Below are positions 51,546 through 61,032 of a DNA stretch of 64,000 bases, one piece after another. The stretch spans positions 32,001 through 96,000 of the forward strand of contig JBGSVZ010000043.1 in the NCBI GenBank assembly GCA_041752695.1, in the 5' to 3' direction. The notes under the pieces were generated by a model. The model was given only the letters and a program-made list of their open reading frames with translations, was not told where the DNA came from and did not search any database. Position 1 is the first letter of the stretch, and each line of letters begins with the position of its first letter. This DNA is from Terrimicrobiaceae bacterium (GTDB lineage Bacteria > Verrucomicrobiota > Verrucomicrobiia > Chthoniobacterales > Terrimicrobiaceae). A program made the position numbers and the translations under genes.

Positions 51546-52493
51546 ATGGAAATCACGTCCACACCACCAGTCCACACCCGCCGGATCTGGCAGGGCGCAC
51601 CCCATTGCGCCTTCACCGATCTGGTCTTGTTCGAAGGTCGCTGGTTGTGCTGTTTTCGGGAGTCCGATGCCCACGCCCTCGGGCGGCTCGGTGTCATTCG
51701 CATCCTGGAAAGCCGGGATGGCGAAGCCTGGCAGTCCGCCCATGTTTTTGCCGACCCGGGCTATGATTTGCGCGATCCGCATTTTTCGCAGCCGGGGGAT
51801 GGAAGGCTGATGATGAACTTTACCGGCCGTACGCAGGTCAACGGCCTTTATGAGGATGTCTTATCCTTTGCGGCATTCTCCCGGGACGGCGTCGCCTGGA
51901 GTGATGCGGTGCCGATCGAGGCTGATGGATATTGGATCTGGCAGGTTCGCTGGCACGAAGGGACGGCCTATTCGTGGGCGCGCAAAATCGTCGAAGGACT
52001 GCCCTACGGATTTTTCCGCAGTGCGGATGGGATCCACTGGGAGCGGCTGATCGCCATGGATGGCGGAAATGAGACCGCGATCACCGTCTTGCCGGATGGC
52101 AGACTAATGGCCTTCCGGCGACGGAATGATGCAGAGGTGGGAATTAGCTCTGCTCCGTTTCTCGATTGGGAGTGGACTCCGCAGGGACGCTACGCCGGAG
52201 GTCCGGGACTGCTCGTTTTGTCAAGCGGACGAGTGCTGGCGGGATGCCGCTATCATCGTCCCAACATGCCGCGCGAGGAAAAATCCTATTTTGCCCTGTC
52301 GCTGGTGGATTTGGATCAGCTTTCGCTTCTGCCCGTCATAGATTTTCAAGGCGGCCGGGATTGCGGCTATCCCGGGATGGTCGAACACGGCGGCGAAATC
52401 TGGGTGAGCCATTATGCGGGGAGCAAAACGGAAAGCGCCATCTACCTTTCACGCGTTCCCACCCGCCTGTTCGGGGTTTCATCCGGAACTTAA
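51546..52493 (+). CDS. Asp-box beta-propeller, exo-alpha-sialidase-like
   Basis: HCAFTDL, SRDGEAW, DLRDP, SRDGVAW, SADGIHW, NET, DCGYP. Confidence 0.75.
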   Translation: MEITSTPPVHTRRIWQGAPHCAFTDLVLFEGRWLCCFRESDAHALGRLGVIRILESRDGEAWQSAHVFADPGYDLRDPHFSQPGDGRLMMNFTGRTQVNGLYEDVLSFAAFSRDGVAWSDAVPIEADGYWIWQVRWHEGTAYSWARKIVEGLPYGFFRSADGIHWERLIAMDGGNETAITVLPDGRLMAFRRRNDAEVGISSAPFLDWEWTPQGRYAGGPGLLVLSSGRVLAGCRYHRPNMPREEKSYFALSLVDLDQLSLLPVIDFQGGRDCGYPGMVEHGGEIWVSHYAGSKTESAIYLSRVPTRLFGVSSGT

Positions 52494-52536
52494 AGTCATG
52501 CCGAAGCGAACTCGAAAAACCTGCGACCATGCTCCC

Positions 52537-53340
52537 ATGGAGTTTTCTATTCTTGCCATCGGTGCCCATGCCGACGATCTGGAGCTGCAAATGGGAGGCA
52601 CGCTGGCCAAATACCATGCCGCCGGGTACGACATTGGATACGTGATGGCGACGAACAACATGTCCGGGGGCGAGAAAGCCGTGCAGGACGATGGCGATCC
52701 GCGCCCCATCTATCTCCGCTCCCAACAATTGAGAAAAAGCGAGGCGGAGGCCGCTGCGAAATTTTACGGAACAACGGCCATTCACCTTGATCATCCGCAG
52801 AGGCATTATCGTCGAGCGGATGGCGACCGGGTCACGGTGGATTACGGAAGCCCCGTTCCTGAAGGCGTTGATTCAGAAACTCCCTGCATCATTGCCGCCC
52901 ATGAACACAAGCCGTCGCTCGAGCGTGTCTGCGAGCTGATTCTCGAACATAACGCTGAAGCCGTTTTCACGCATGGCGGGCCGATGCGCAATATTGAGCA
53001 TTTTGCCACCCAGTTGTTGGTCACTCAGGCCTATTGGAACGCCGTCGAACGCGGTTACGAAGGCATGCTCCTCCACTGGCACGACCTTGGCGTCAATAGC
53101 TTCTTCGAGGCCTATAAACACTGGGATACTTACGTTGATATCAGTGATTTCTGGGACGCCAAGCTGCACGCTTCCGCGCTCCACAAAAGCATGAAACCCG
53201 ATCCGGCATCTCTGGACTGGCCGCAATGGGGGCCGGCTTGTGGCTGTCGTCATGCCGAGGTGTTCACCATCGTCGGACGGAACCGGAGGCCGGTTCAATA
53301 TGGCGCGTTGACCCTCGAGCTCCTGCAAAACGAGCGGTGA
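52537..53340 (+). CDS. PIG-L/LmbE-family N-deacetylase (paralog of 46977)
   Basis: GAHADDLE, YVMATNNMSG, HLDHPQRH, RNIEHFAT shared with the 46977 protein. Confidence 0.85.
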   Translation: MEFSILAIGAHADDLELQMGGTLAKYHAAGYDIGYVMATNNMSGGEKAVQDDGDPRPIYLRSQQLRKSEAEAAAKFYGTTAIHLDHPQRHYRRADGDRVTVDYGSPVPEGVDSETPCIIAAHEHKPSLERVCELILEHNAEAVFTHGGPMRNIEHFATQLLVTQAYWNAVERGYEGMLLHWHDLGVNSFFEAYKHWDTYVDISDFWDAKLHASALHKSMKPDPASLDWPQWGPACGCRHAEVFTIVGRNRRPVQYGALTLELLQNER

Positions 53341-54524
53341 CAGAAAAAGCTACTTTCGAAATTTTCGACGCGCGCACGATTTGCGCGCAGCCGGGGAAAT
53401 ATCTCGGCTGGCCAACCGCGGCGGTCGCGCCGGACGGCGCTGTTTATGCCGTGTTTTCCGGTGACCGCGATGCGCACGTCTGTCCCTTCGGGAAGATTTT
53501 TTTGATGCGTTCTTTGGATCAGGGGCAGACTTGGACCGTCCCACGAATTGTGGCTGATACCCCGTTGGATGACCGCGACGCTGGGGTCTGTGTCTGTCCG
53601 GATGGAACCGTAGTGGTTTCCTGGTTTACCTCCCATTTTGCCGATTACGCCTGGCAATATAAAGTGGAGTACACCCGGTGTTACCCGTCGGCCGAGAACC
53701 GCTGGCCTGCCTGGGAAACGAGCCTTGCGAGAATCTCACCAGCAGACATTTCCCAATGGGCACCATCGTATGCTTCGCCGGACCAAGGCGACTTTTTGAA
53801 GCGTTGGCTGGGATTTTGGACGATGCGATCGAAGGACGGCGGGGCGACATGGGATGCGCCGACGCTTTCCCCTGTTTATGCGCCTCATGGCCCAACCGTG
53901 CTGGCGAATGGCGATCTGTTTTATGTCGGGATGCGCCATCTGGCGCGACCTCAGGGGGAGGAATCCATTGGTGCCGCGCTCTCCCGGGATCAGGGGCGAA
54001 CCTGGGAGTTGCTTGCGACGATTAACGGCTTCCCTCCTTATCACGGCTCAGCCCCCAACGGTTTTGCCCGTCTCGCCGAGCCTCACGTGGTCGAGACGCA
54101 GTCTGGAAAACTCATTGGCATGGCCCGCTATGAGGAAACGAAGGATCCGCTAAGACCTTTCCAAAGTCATCTTTGGCAATTTGAAAGTCAGGATGGCGGC
54201 AGGACCTGGAGCCCGCCGCGAAAGACGGAAATTGTCGGCAAGCCTCCCTTTCTCAGCGTAACGGGCAACGGCGATATTCTGGTTTCCTATGCCTACCGTC
54301 ACGAGCCTCACGGCGAACGCGCGTGTTTTTCTCATGATGACGGAAAGACGTGGGATTACGGGGAGGAAGTCGTGATTGACGACGCCCCTTGGCGGGATCA
54401 CGGGTATGTCTCGACTGTTGAGCTTTCCCGCGAGAACTTTCTCAGCGTTTCCTATCGGAAGTCAGGTCAGCACGACAAGACGGTGCTGCGCGCGACGCGC
54501 TGGCGGCGCGTGGAAGGCCGGTAA
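53337..54524 (+). CDS. Sialidase-like (BNR/Asp-box) glycosidase
   Basis: GTG start overlapping the upstream stop; five Asp boxes (SLDQGQTW, SKDGGATW, SRDQGRTW, SQDGGRTW, SHDDGKTW), AEP, DHGY. Confidence 0.85.
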   Translation: MTEKATFEIFDARTICAQPGKYLGWPTAAVAPDGAVYAVFSGDRDAHVCPFGKIFLMRSLDQGQTWTVPRIVADTPLDDRDAGVCVCPDGTVVVSWFTSHFADYAWQYKVEYTRCYPSAENRWPAWETSLARISPADISQWAPSYASPDQGDFLKRWLGFWTMRSKDGGATWDAPTLSPVYAPHGPTVLANGDLFYVGMRHLARPQGEESIGAALSRDQGRTWELLATINGFPPYHGSAPNGFARLAEPHVVETQSGKLIGMARYEETKDPLRPFQSHLWQFESQDGGRTWSPPRKTEIVGKPPFLSVTGNGDILVSYAYRHEPHGERACFSHDDGKTWDYGEEVVIDDAPWRDHGYVSTVELSRENFLSVSYRKSGQHDKTVLRATRWRRVEGR

Positions 54525-54636
54525 TTCAGGGAAGCTCCACTTCAATCGCTGCGACCGGCGGGAGATAAGGCCAGTCGTCCGTCCGAAAGGGCGCGGCAGG
54601 GAGATTCGAGGCGTCTGGGTCGCGGGATCGTTTCCA

Positions 54637-55116
54637 TCATTGGCTGCGTCCCCGGAGGTCAATGGGATAGACATCAACCACGATGTCGCCATCGGTCGCA
54701 AAGAGGACGTCAAAGAGATTGACCGTCGGATCGCAATGGGAAAGCGACAGCCGGAGTTTTTGTCCGACAGAGAAGGTCCTTACTGGGGAAGCCGGGGTGA
54801 TTTTGCCATATTCGTCTCCGAACCATTCGAAAGTCCCCGCATTGAGGGGATCGACGATGCGTGGGATACCACCATCGCGGTACAGGGCCTTCAGTCCCGC
54901 ATCAACGGTGGCAAAATTGGATGGGCCGCATTGACTACCGTGACGAGCAAGGACAGGGACGATTCGAATGGTGGGTTTTTGTCCCGCCACTCGATCGCCA
55001 AATATTCCTCGTTCATGAAAAGATAGCTCCCCGCCTGAATTTCTGTGACGAAGGGAAGTTGATCGACAAGAAGACACGGGGTGGGCAAGGACTCTGGCTC
55101 CCAAAAAACTCATCAT
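54637..55116 (-). pseudogene. Remnant of a DSD1/D-threonine aldolase-family PLP enzyme (internal deletion plus frameshift)
   Basis: LPTPCLLVD joined directly to VTEIQAGSYLFM; the frame changes near 54915 into VDAGLKAL..DEYG..HCDPTVNLFD..RGRSQ. Confidence 0.82.
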
Positions 55117-56676
55117 TCAGTTCCCGGCGTCATTTCCCGAATCGGGGACGCCCATCGTCTGAGCGGGAGTCTTAGGCGTCCACTGATCGGAACGGAAGGG
55201 AGGTGCGGGCAGCCCGTCCGTATCAAAGAGGCTGATCGATGGGGCATTCCGCCAGGCGTAGCGGACGGCGACGGGACGGGAAACTTGCGGTGAAGCGACG
55301 AGCAGCGTTTTCCCATCGATCGACGCAGACGCGGCATGGAAGTTCTGATCCTCACCGGCAACCTCGAACGCCGCCAGTTCCACCGGTTGCAACACCAGTT
55401 CCTTTTCGGATTGAAAATGGAGCCGGAGGCGGCGCCCTTCCTCGGTGGTGCGCTCGAAGACGGGGCCCGAGGTGTTGATGCGTCGCGCAAAAGTTCCCGC
55501 CAGGGCCACGGCGGCCAGTCGCCGTCCGGCTTCCTGTTTGTTCGTGTAATGGGCATCTTTCGGGTCCCCGATGTCAACCGTGATCGCGGTGCCCGTATTA
55601 GGCAGGGAGAGGGCTTCCAACTGAGCCTCCCGGAGAAACGCCCAGGTCTGTCCGGTGGTGTCTTGTTTGTGATCAAAGTTAGCCAATTGGACGAAATAGA
55701 AAGGGAGGTCTCCCTGGGCGAAATCTTTCCGCCAGTCGGTGATCAAAGCCTTGAACAGCGTCCCATATTGATCGAATCGGGCGGTATTGGCTTCACCTTG
55801 ATACCAGATAAAGCCTCGAAGACCATACGGAATGAAGGGGTGGACCATGGCATTAAACAGCCCGCTAGGGGTCCATCGGCTCACGGCTCCCTGTGGTTCG
55901 CGGGGCTTGTCCGCGGGAAGGGCGCCAGCACTCTCCCAGGTTGTTAGTTTTCTCTGATAGACGGCAAGATCAACTTCGTAGTCGGCAAGATACTGTTTCC
56001 ACCATTCGTCAATTTTATCTTTGAGAGGCGAGGCTTGCAGGGTGGGGGAACTCATCCAGGATTCAATCTGCGTGCCACCCCAGCTGCTGTTGATGATGCC
56101 GATCGGAACCTGGAGTTCTTTGTGGAGTTCACGAGCGAAATAATACCCGACGGCGGAAAATGAGCCAACGCTGTTTGGCTGGCAAATAGACCACTTGGCG
56201 CGCTTCCCGGTGAGAGATTCCTGAGGGGTTTCGGAAACATTAAACCACACCTTGAACATTCGGATCTGGGGATGGTTTGCGGTTGCGGCCTCCTCCTGCG
56301 CGTTCCGGCACTTGGAAACGGTGTGCTGCATGTTGGACTGGCCTGAGGCAAACCAGACGTCGCCGACCAGGACGCCTTGAATATCTGTCGCGCCTGACAC
56401 GGACCCGGTGACTTGCAAGCTAGCCCCAGAGCTGGAAGCCGGCATGGCGTCGAGGAGGACCTTCCATCGGCCGGCGCTATCCGCGGCGGTTTCTTTCTTC
56501 TGACCACTGAACGTTACGGTGATGATTTCAGCGGGTTCGGCTTTTCCCCAAACGGGAACCGTCTTTTCGCGTTGGAGGACGGCGTGATCCGTGAACAAAG
56601 GTGCAAGGGTGATTTCCGCGCGGACGGGCATGCAAATGCTAAGTGTCAAGCAGGCAAGGAGAAGGCGGTTTTTCAT
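55117..56676 (-). CDS. Sialate O-acetylesterase (SASA) family
   Basis: Signal peptide; GDVWFASGQSNM, FSAVGYYF, WGGTQIESW, WYQGE, DAHY.NK. Confidence 0.92.
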   Translation of the reverse strand: MKNRLLLACLTLSICMPVRAEITLAPLFTDHAVLQREKTVPVWGKAEPAEIITVTFSGQKKETAADSAGRWKVLLDAMPASSSGASLQVTGSVSGATDIQGVLVGDVWFASGQSNMQHTVSKCRNAQEEAATANHPQIRMFKVWFNVSETPQESLTGKRAKWSICQPNSVGSFSAVGYYFARELHKELQVPIGIINSSWGGTQIESWMSSPTLQASPLKDKIDEWWKQYLADYEVDLAVYQRKLTTWESAGALPADKPREPQGAVSRWTPSGLFNAMVHPFIPYGLRGFIWYQGEANTARFDQYGTLFKALITDWRKDFAQGDLPFYFVQLANFDHKQDTTGQTWAFLREAQLEALSLPNTGTAITVDIGDPKDAHYTNKQEAGRRLAAVALAGTFARRINTSGPVFERTTEEGRRLRLHFQSEKELVLQPVELAAFEVAGEDQNFHAASASIDGKTLLVASPQVSRPVAVRYAWRNAPSISLFDTDGLPAPPFRSDQWTPKTPAQTMGVPDSGNDAGN

Positions 56677-56689
56677 GAGATGCCGTTCC

Positions 56690-57478
56690 TTAATAGAGAC
56701 TCTGCAGGGCTGCAGGGGCGTCGCCTGCGTGGGCGAGTTTTTGCCGGGCGGTTTCCGCGGCAGTTTTTGATCCGCCCGCGAGGAAGCCCACATCGCCACC
56801 GGCCACGATATGCGTGGCGCCGTTTTCCAGGCAGATTCGGAACATATCGCCTCCCATGCCGACACAAAGCAGCGCCTTGTGCAGAGGCCGGCATGCCTCA
56901 GCCATGCGGGCAATGGCCGCGCCGACCATTCCTTCGTCGCCGGTGGTGTCGATTTCCACACCCTGCCGCAGAAGATAGTCATCGGGGCCGAGGAAAAGAC
57001 CGTCCACTCCAGGCAGGGCAGCGATCGCCGCGGTATTTTCCAAAGCCTCTGGAGACTCGATCTGGCAGATCAGCCAGGGTTTGCGGTCGGGTTCGCGCAC
57101 ATAACTCCGTCCATGAAGGTCAATAGGGCGACGCCCGCCGAAGGACCGGTTTCCAAGGGGGGGGAATTTCGCGGCTTGGATAATCCGGCCGGCCTGTTCG
57201 ACGTTGTCCACTTGGGGAACAATTACTGCGTCCGCCCCCATGTCGAGCGCAAGCCCGATCCAGGAAGGTTCGTGTCCGGGCACGCGGACGAAGGCTGGTT
57301 TTCCTGCCGCCTGACAGGCCCTAACCATGGAAAGCATGGTGTCGTAACCGGCGATCTGGCCGTGCTGCCCATCCAACCAGACCCAGTCCCAATCCCTGCC
57401 GATGCGTTCAAGGATGGCTGGCGAAGGAAGCATGATGCAAAGGCCAAGTTGAATACTGTCAGGTGGATTAGTGATCAT
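56690..57478 (-). CDS. HpcH/HpaI-family (class II pyruvate) aldolase
   Basis: DWVWLDGQHG, VRVP, ALDMGA, FPPLGNRS, QIES, GLFLGPDD. Confidence 0.9.
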   Translation of the reverse strand: MITNPPDSIQLGLCIMLPSPAILERIGRDWDWVWLDGQHGQIAGYDTMLSMVRACQAAGKPAFVRVPGHEPSWIGLALDMGADAVIVPQVDNVEQAGRIIQAAKFPPLGNRSFGGRRPIDLHGRSYVREPDRKPWLICQIESPEALENTAAIAALPGVDGLFLGPDDYLLRQGVEIDTTGDEGMVGAAIARMAEACRPLHKALLCVGMGGDMFRICLENGATHIVAGGDVGFLAGGSKTAAETARQKLAHAGDAPAALQSLY

Positions 57479-58704
57479 AGATGTTTTGGAGTATCGGCCA
57501 GCCAGCGGTCAAAAAATGCCCAGGCGACCTGCTGGCATTCCGTGTCGAAACAATGCGGCTTTGGCGGAAAGAAGAATTGGAACCGTTCGGAGGCCCCGGC
57601 CCAGGCGTATCCGGCGCGCACGATTTCCGCGGCTTCGGCCATGGCTTCCGGCGCAAACAAGGGATCGTCCTGTCCGCAAATCACCAGTTTGGCGCGTGGC
57701 GCGGCGAGCGCGGCGATGTCAGGCAAATCCATTCTTCGCCAGAGCCCCGGCACCACGTGGGCTGGACCGATGGGCCCGATGAGTTTGTACGCTTGGGTCC
57801 AATCGCCGGTCGTGAACCAACAAGAACTGACGGAAGCCCGAATGCGGGGGTCGAGGGCGGCAAGAAAATGGGAGCGGTAACCGCCGCCCGATTGACCGAT
57901 GCAGCCAATACGGTCTCCATCCACATCGGACCGCGTGAGGAGGTAATCCACGCAGCGCGAGTCATCGCCAAAATTGATCCCGGTCCAGGTGGTACCCGCC
58001 CACCCGACATACCGATGCGAGTATTCCAGCAACTCCTTGGCCGCGGTATCCAGTCGGTCAAATTCCCCCACCTCCAAGGCGAGAACATCCGGTCTCTCCG
58101 GCAGCCAGGGTGCAGATCGACTGGCCAGCAGCCGGGCTCCCCAAGGCAGGCGGGAACTGAAATGGTGCGCGTCGATGGCCAGCACGGCGTAACCCCCTGC
58201 CACGAGTTCCTCACCGACAAATTTCCCGCCATACGCCTGGTTGAGAAGTTCCACTAGTCGCGGATGGGACGCACCGAGCGGAAAGACGCGCTCTTTGCCG
58301 AGAATCATCGGTCCGCCCCAGCTGTGCAAAACGATCACGGTCGGAAAAGGTCCCGGACCGTGCGGTTTGGCAAACACTCCCGCGACCCTGCACCAGGCAG
58401 CGGTTTGAAAGGCAATATGCTCCAGGACATAGCCCGAGCGATTTTCGACGGCGACAACCTCCGGGTGAAGGTCGGGCGGGCCCGCTTCATAGGAGAGCGC
58501 GGACAACGTGAACTCGCGAGCTTCTCTTTGCCAGTCCGTAAAAGTGCCCCCTCCGTGGGTATCACGCCATCTCTGGAAACTCAGGTCGAGGGGGGCTGTG
58601 GCGCGGAGTCCGCGGAAGTAGGATTCCAGACTTCCATAAAGCCCGTCCGCCAGAAAATCCGCACGCCGGGACTGCCAGCGGGTCGGGGAACTGTCCGAAG
58701 TCAT
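57475..58704 (-). CDS. Alpha/beta hydrolase (dienelactone hydrolase/acetylesterase-like)
   Basis: GQSGGG nucleophile elbow, DPLF, PHCF; ATGA-type overlaps with both neighbours. Confidence 0.85.
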   Translation of the reverse strand: MTSDSSPTRWQSRRADFLADGLYGSLESYFRGLRATAPLDLSFQRWRDTHGGGTFTDWQREAREFTLSALSYEAGPPDLHPEVVAVENRSGYVLEHIAFQTAAWCRVAGVFAKPHGPGPFPTVIVLHSWGGPMILGKERVFPLGASHPRLVELLNQAYGGKFVGEELVAGGYAVLAIDAHHFSSRLPWGARLLASRSAPWLPERPDVLALEVGEFDRLDTAAKELLEYSHRYVGWAGTTWTGINFGDDSRCVDYLLTRSDVDGDRIGCIGQSGGGYRSHFLAALDPRIRASVSSCWFTTGDWTQAYKLIGPIGPAHVVPGLWRRMDLPDIAALAAPRAKLVICGQDDPLFAPEAMAEAAEIVRAGYAWAGASERFQFFFPPKPHCFDTECQQVAWAFFDRWLADTPKHL

Positions 58705-60293
58705 TGCGCCGGGGAGCCCTCTTCTTTTTCGGGCCGGAGGGGCCAATCATCCGAGCGGAAGGGACTGGCGGGCAGACCGTCCGCTCCCACCAGCACGACC
58801 GCCGGATTGTTCCACCACGCATAACGAACCGCCACGGGCTCGGGAACCCCGGGCGAGGAGACAAGGAGGTCCTCACCGTCGATCCGCGCCGTGGCGGGCG
58901 AGAAGATTTGATCTACCCCGGCAACTTCAAATGCCGGACCTTCCACCTGCCGGATTTCCAGCTTGGGACTATCGTGAAATTTTACCCTCATTGCCGTGCC
59001 CGCTCGGTTGGCCGAAGCAAAGACCGGGCCGCTGGCTGCGATGACCTTGCCATTTTCGTTTTTCAGGGCATGACGGGCCAGACGAAGGCCGACATCTCGT
59101 TTGTTTTTCGGATGGAGATCGTTGGCGTCTCCGATGTCAATCGTCACAGCCATGCCCGTGTTCGGCAAGGACAACACGGAGGATTGAGCCTCCCGCAGAA
59201 ACGCCCAGTTCCTCGGTGGCGAGTTTCCCTTAGGTTCATAGTTGGGGAGTTGCACGAAATAAAAGGGGAGATCGCCCTGGCCAAAGTCAGCCCGCCAGCT
59301 CCGAATGAGCTCGGAAAAAAGTTTTGGATAGTCCCCGTGACGTCCGACATCGCTTTCGCCCTGATACCACAAGATCCCGCGGAGGGCGAAGGGGATGAAG
59401 GGTGCCACCATCCCGTTGTAGAGGGAGGCGGGTTGTTTGCGGGTTCCCACTCCCTGCGGCGCACGGGGAGGTTGTCGTTTTGGCTGTTCGCCCCGCGCGA
59501 TGATTTCGTCGGTTTCCCTTTTCCAGAGGGCATACTCTTTCTCCCACTCCTTGGTTTCTTCGGGAAGCTGCGCGAGCCGGGTGGCCCAACGTTTTTGCAC
59601 CGCGTCGTTCGCGCCGGAATTTTTCAGCGCGCCTTCGCTCAACCAGGATTGAATTTCCGTCCCGCCGTAACTGGTCATGATCAAACCAATGGGCATTCCG
59701 GTTTCCCGATGTACGTCTCTGGCAAAGTGGTACGCGACCGCCGACCAGCCGGGGGCACCCTCTTCCTCGGGTAGAGGATTCGTCGACCAGGCTCCTGCAT
59801 TGAAGAATTCCGGTTTGGTGGACGGAGCCTGAGGGGAGACCCAACCCCGGATCAACGGAAAATCGGCGGCGTCCGGCGCGTCATGAACAGCCCGGGCCAT
59901 GTTGGACTGCCCGGAGCATAGCCAGACATCTCCGACGACGATGTCTTTGACCTCCACAACATCCCCGGTTTTGGTCTGGCGGACACGGAGGCTTTGCGGC
60001 TGACTGGATAAGACCAGCGGATCGAATGTCACCAACCAACGGCCGTTCGGTCCCGACGTGGCGGTTTTTGACTGTCCGGCAAACTCACCTGTAATCTCTG
60101 CGCCAGGCTGGGCGAGGCCCCAAACCGGCACGGGCTTCCCCTGTTGCAGAACTGCGCCGTCAGAAAACAGGGGAGCCAGTTGGAGGGAGATATCCTCCTC
60201 ACCACGTGCCTGAGAGGGTATTGCCAGAACACCAAGAGTGGTCATTAGGGCAAGTGTCTTAAAAAATACATCGGTGTATTTATTTTCACGCAT
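58701..60293 (-). CDS. Sialate O-acetylesterase (SASA) family, paralog of 55117
   Basis: GDVWLCSGQSNM, YGGTEIQSW, WYQGES, DLHPKNK, VRYAW. Confidence 0.92.
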   Translation of the reverse strand: MRENKYTDVFFKTLALMTTLGVLAIPSQARGEEDISLQLAPLFSDGAVLQQGKPVPVWGLAQPGAEITGEFAGQSKTATSGPNGRWLVTFDPLVLSSQPQSLRVRQTKTGDVVEVKDIVVGDVWLCSGQSNMARAVHDAPDAADFPLIRGWVSPQAPSTKPEFFNAGAWSTNPLPEEEGAPGWSAVAYHFARDVHRETGMPIGLIMTSYGGTEIQSWLSEGALKNSGANDAVQKRWATRLAQLPEETKEWEKEYALWKRETDEIIARGEQPKRQPPRAPQGVGTRKQPASLYNGMVAPFIPFALRGILWYQGESDVGRHGDYPKLFSELIRSWRADFGQGDLPFYFVQLPNYEPKGNSPPRNWAFLREAQSSVLSLPNTGMAVTIDIGDANDLHPKNKRDVGLRLARHALKNENGKVIAASGPVFASANRAGTAMRVKFHDSPKLEIRQVEGPAFEVAGVDQIFSPATARIDGEDLLVSSPGVPEPVAVRYAWWNNPAVVLVGADGLPASPFRSDDWPLRPEKEEGSPAQ

Positions 60294-60318
60294 AACCACT
60301 TTTGACCGACCATCACGG

Positions 60319-60993
60319 CTATTTCGGGGCCGGGGCCTCAAATTTGACCGCGGCCCACTCGGCCGCGCCGCGTGCCGCCACGGAATTATGGCCCCAGCGG
60401 AGAAACCATCGGTCCGTGGTGACGGCGGGAATGTTTTCGGCAACCGCCAGACCATCCACCAGGAGTTGGGCGCTGGCGGAGGCGGGATCGTAAATTATGG
60501 CATACTCGTGATAGGCGTTGGCGGCTAGGTCGGGCAGTCGGATGATCTGGCGATTAAACTCCACCATCAGAGAGCCGTCCGCTTCATCGGTCCGTACCCA
60601 CGCGACAAAAGCCTCTTTTTTGTCCGCATTTTCCACACCCAGAGTGGCGACATGGCGCCCAATGGGAAGCTTGGGGGACGGGTCGAGGCGGAGCCGTGCA
60701 GAGTATTTCCATCCTTTGGTAAAGGCATCGCGGAGAAGTTCATCGGGGTCGGGGATGGCGTAGCTCAGGGCGTTGCCTTCCGTGGGCGCGATGCGCCAGG
60801 CGGGTTCTGGGCTATCGACGTCGGTCCCGCCTCCTGCCCGACCTGCGGACGCCCAAGCCGAATCGGAGAGGGTGGGGCTGGAAGGAGCGGTGTAAGAAAC
60901 GATGATTTCTGCTCTGAGGCAAAGGGGAAGCGCCCACAGAAGGAACCATCCGAAACCCATCCCTCTAGACCCTAAATTCAACGGAGAATTCAT
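60319..60993 (-). CDS. Secreted lectin-like protein resembling the Vibrio sialidase wing/CBM40-type domain
   Basis: Signal-like N-terminus; GWKYSARLRL and YHEYAIIYDP..AQLLVDG..ENI..LRWG..G.A.W..VKFE; start 60993 or 60960. Confidence 0.6.
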   Translation of the reverse strand: MNSPLNLGSRGMGFGWFLLWALPLCLRAEIIVSYTAPSSPTLSDSAWASAGRAGGGTDVDSPEPAWRIAPTEGNALSYAIPDPDELLRDAFTKGWKYSARLRLDPSPKLPIGRHVATLGVENADKKEAFVAWVRTDEADGSLMVEFNRQIIRLPDLAANAYHEYAIIYDPASASAQLLVDGLAVAENIPAVTTDRWFLRWGHNSVAARGAAEWAAVKFEAPAPK

Positions 60994-60997
60994 TCCA

Positions 60998-61029
60998 TTG
61001 ACAGTAGAGCTCGGATTTGCTTCTGTCAA
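60998..61029. promoter_or_regulatory. Putative symmetric bidirectional promoter
   Basis: TTGACA-17-TTCTGT on + and TTGACA-17-TACTGT on -, interdigitated; an ATG lies 6-7 nt past each -10. Confidence 0.55.
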
Positions 61030-61032
61030 CGC

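Noticed and set aside
54376..55026. 216-aa plus-strand ORF
   Set aside because: No motifs; it is antisense to the DSD1-family remnant
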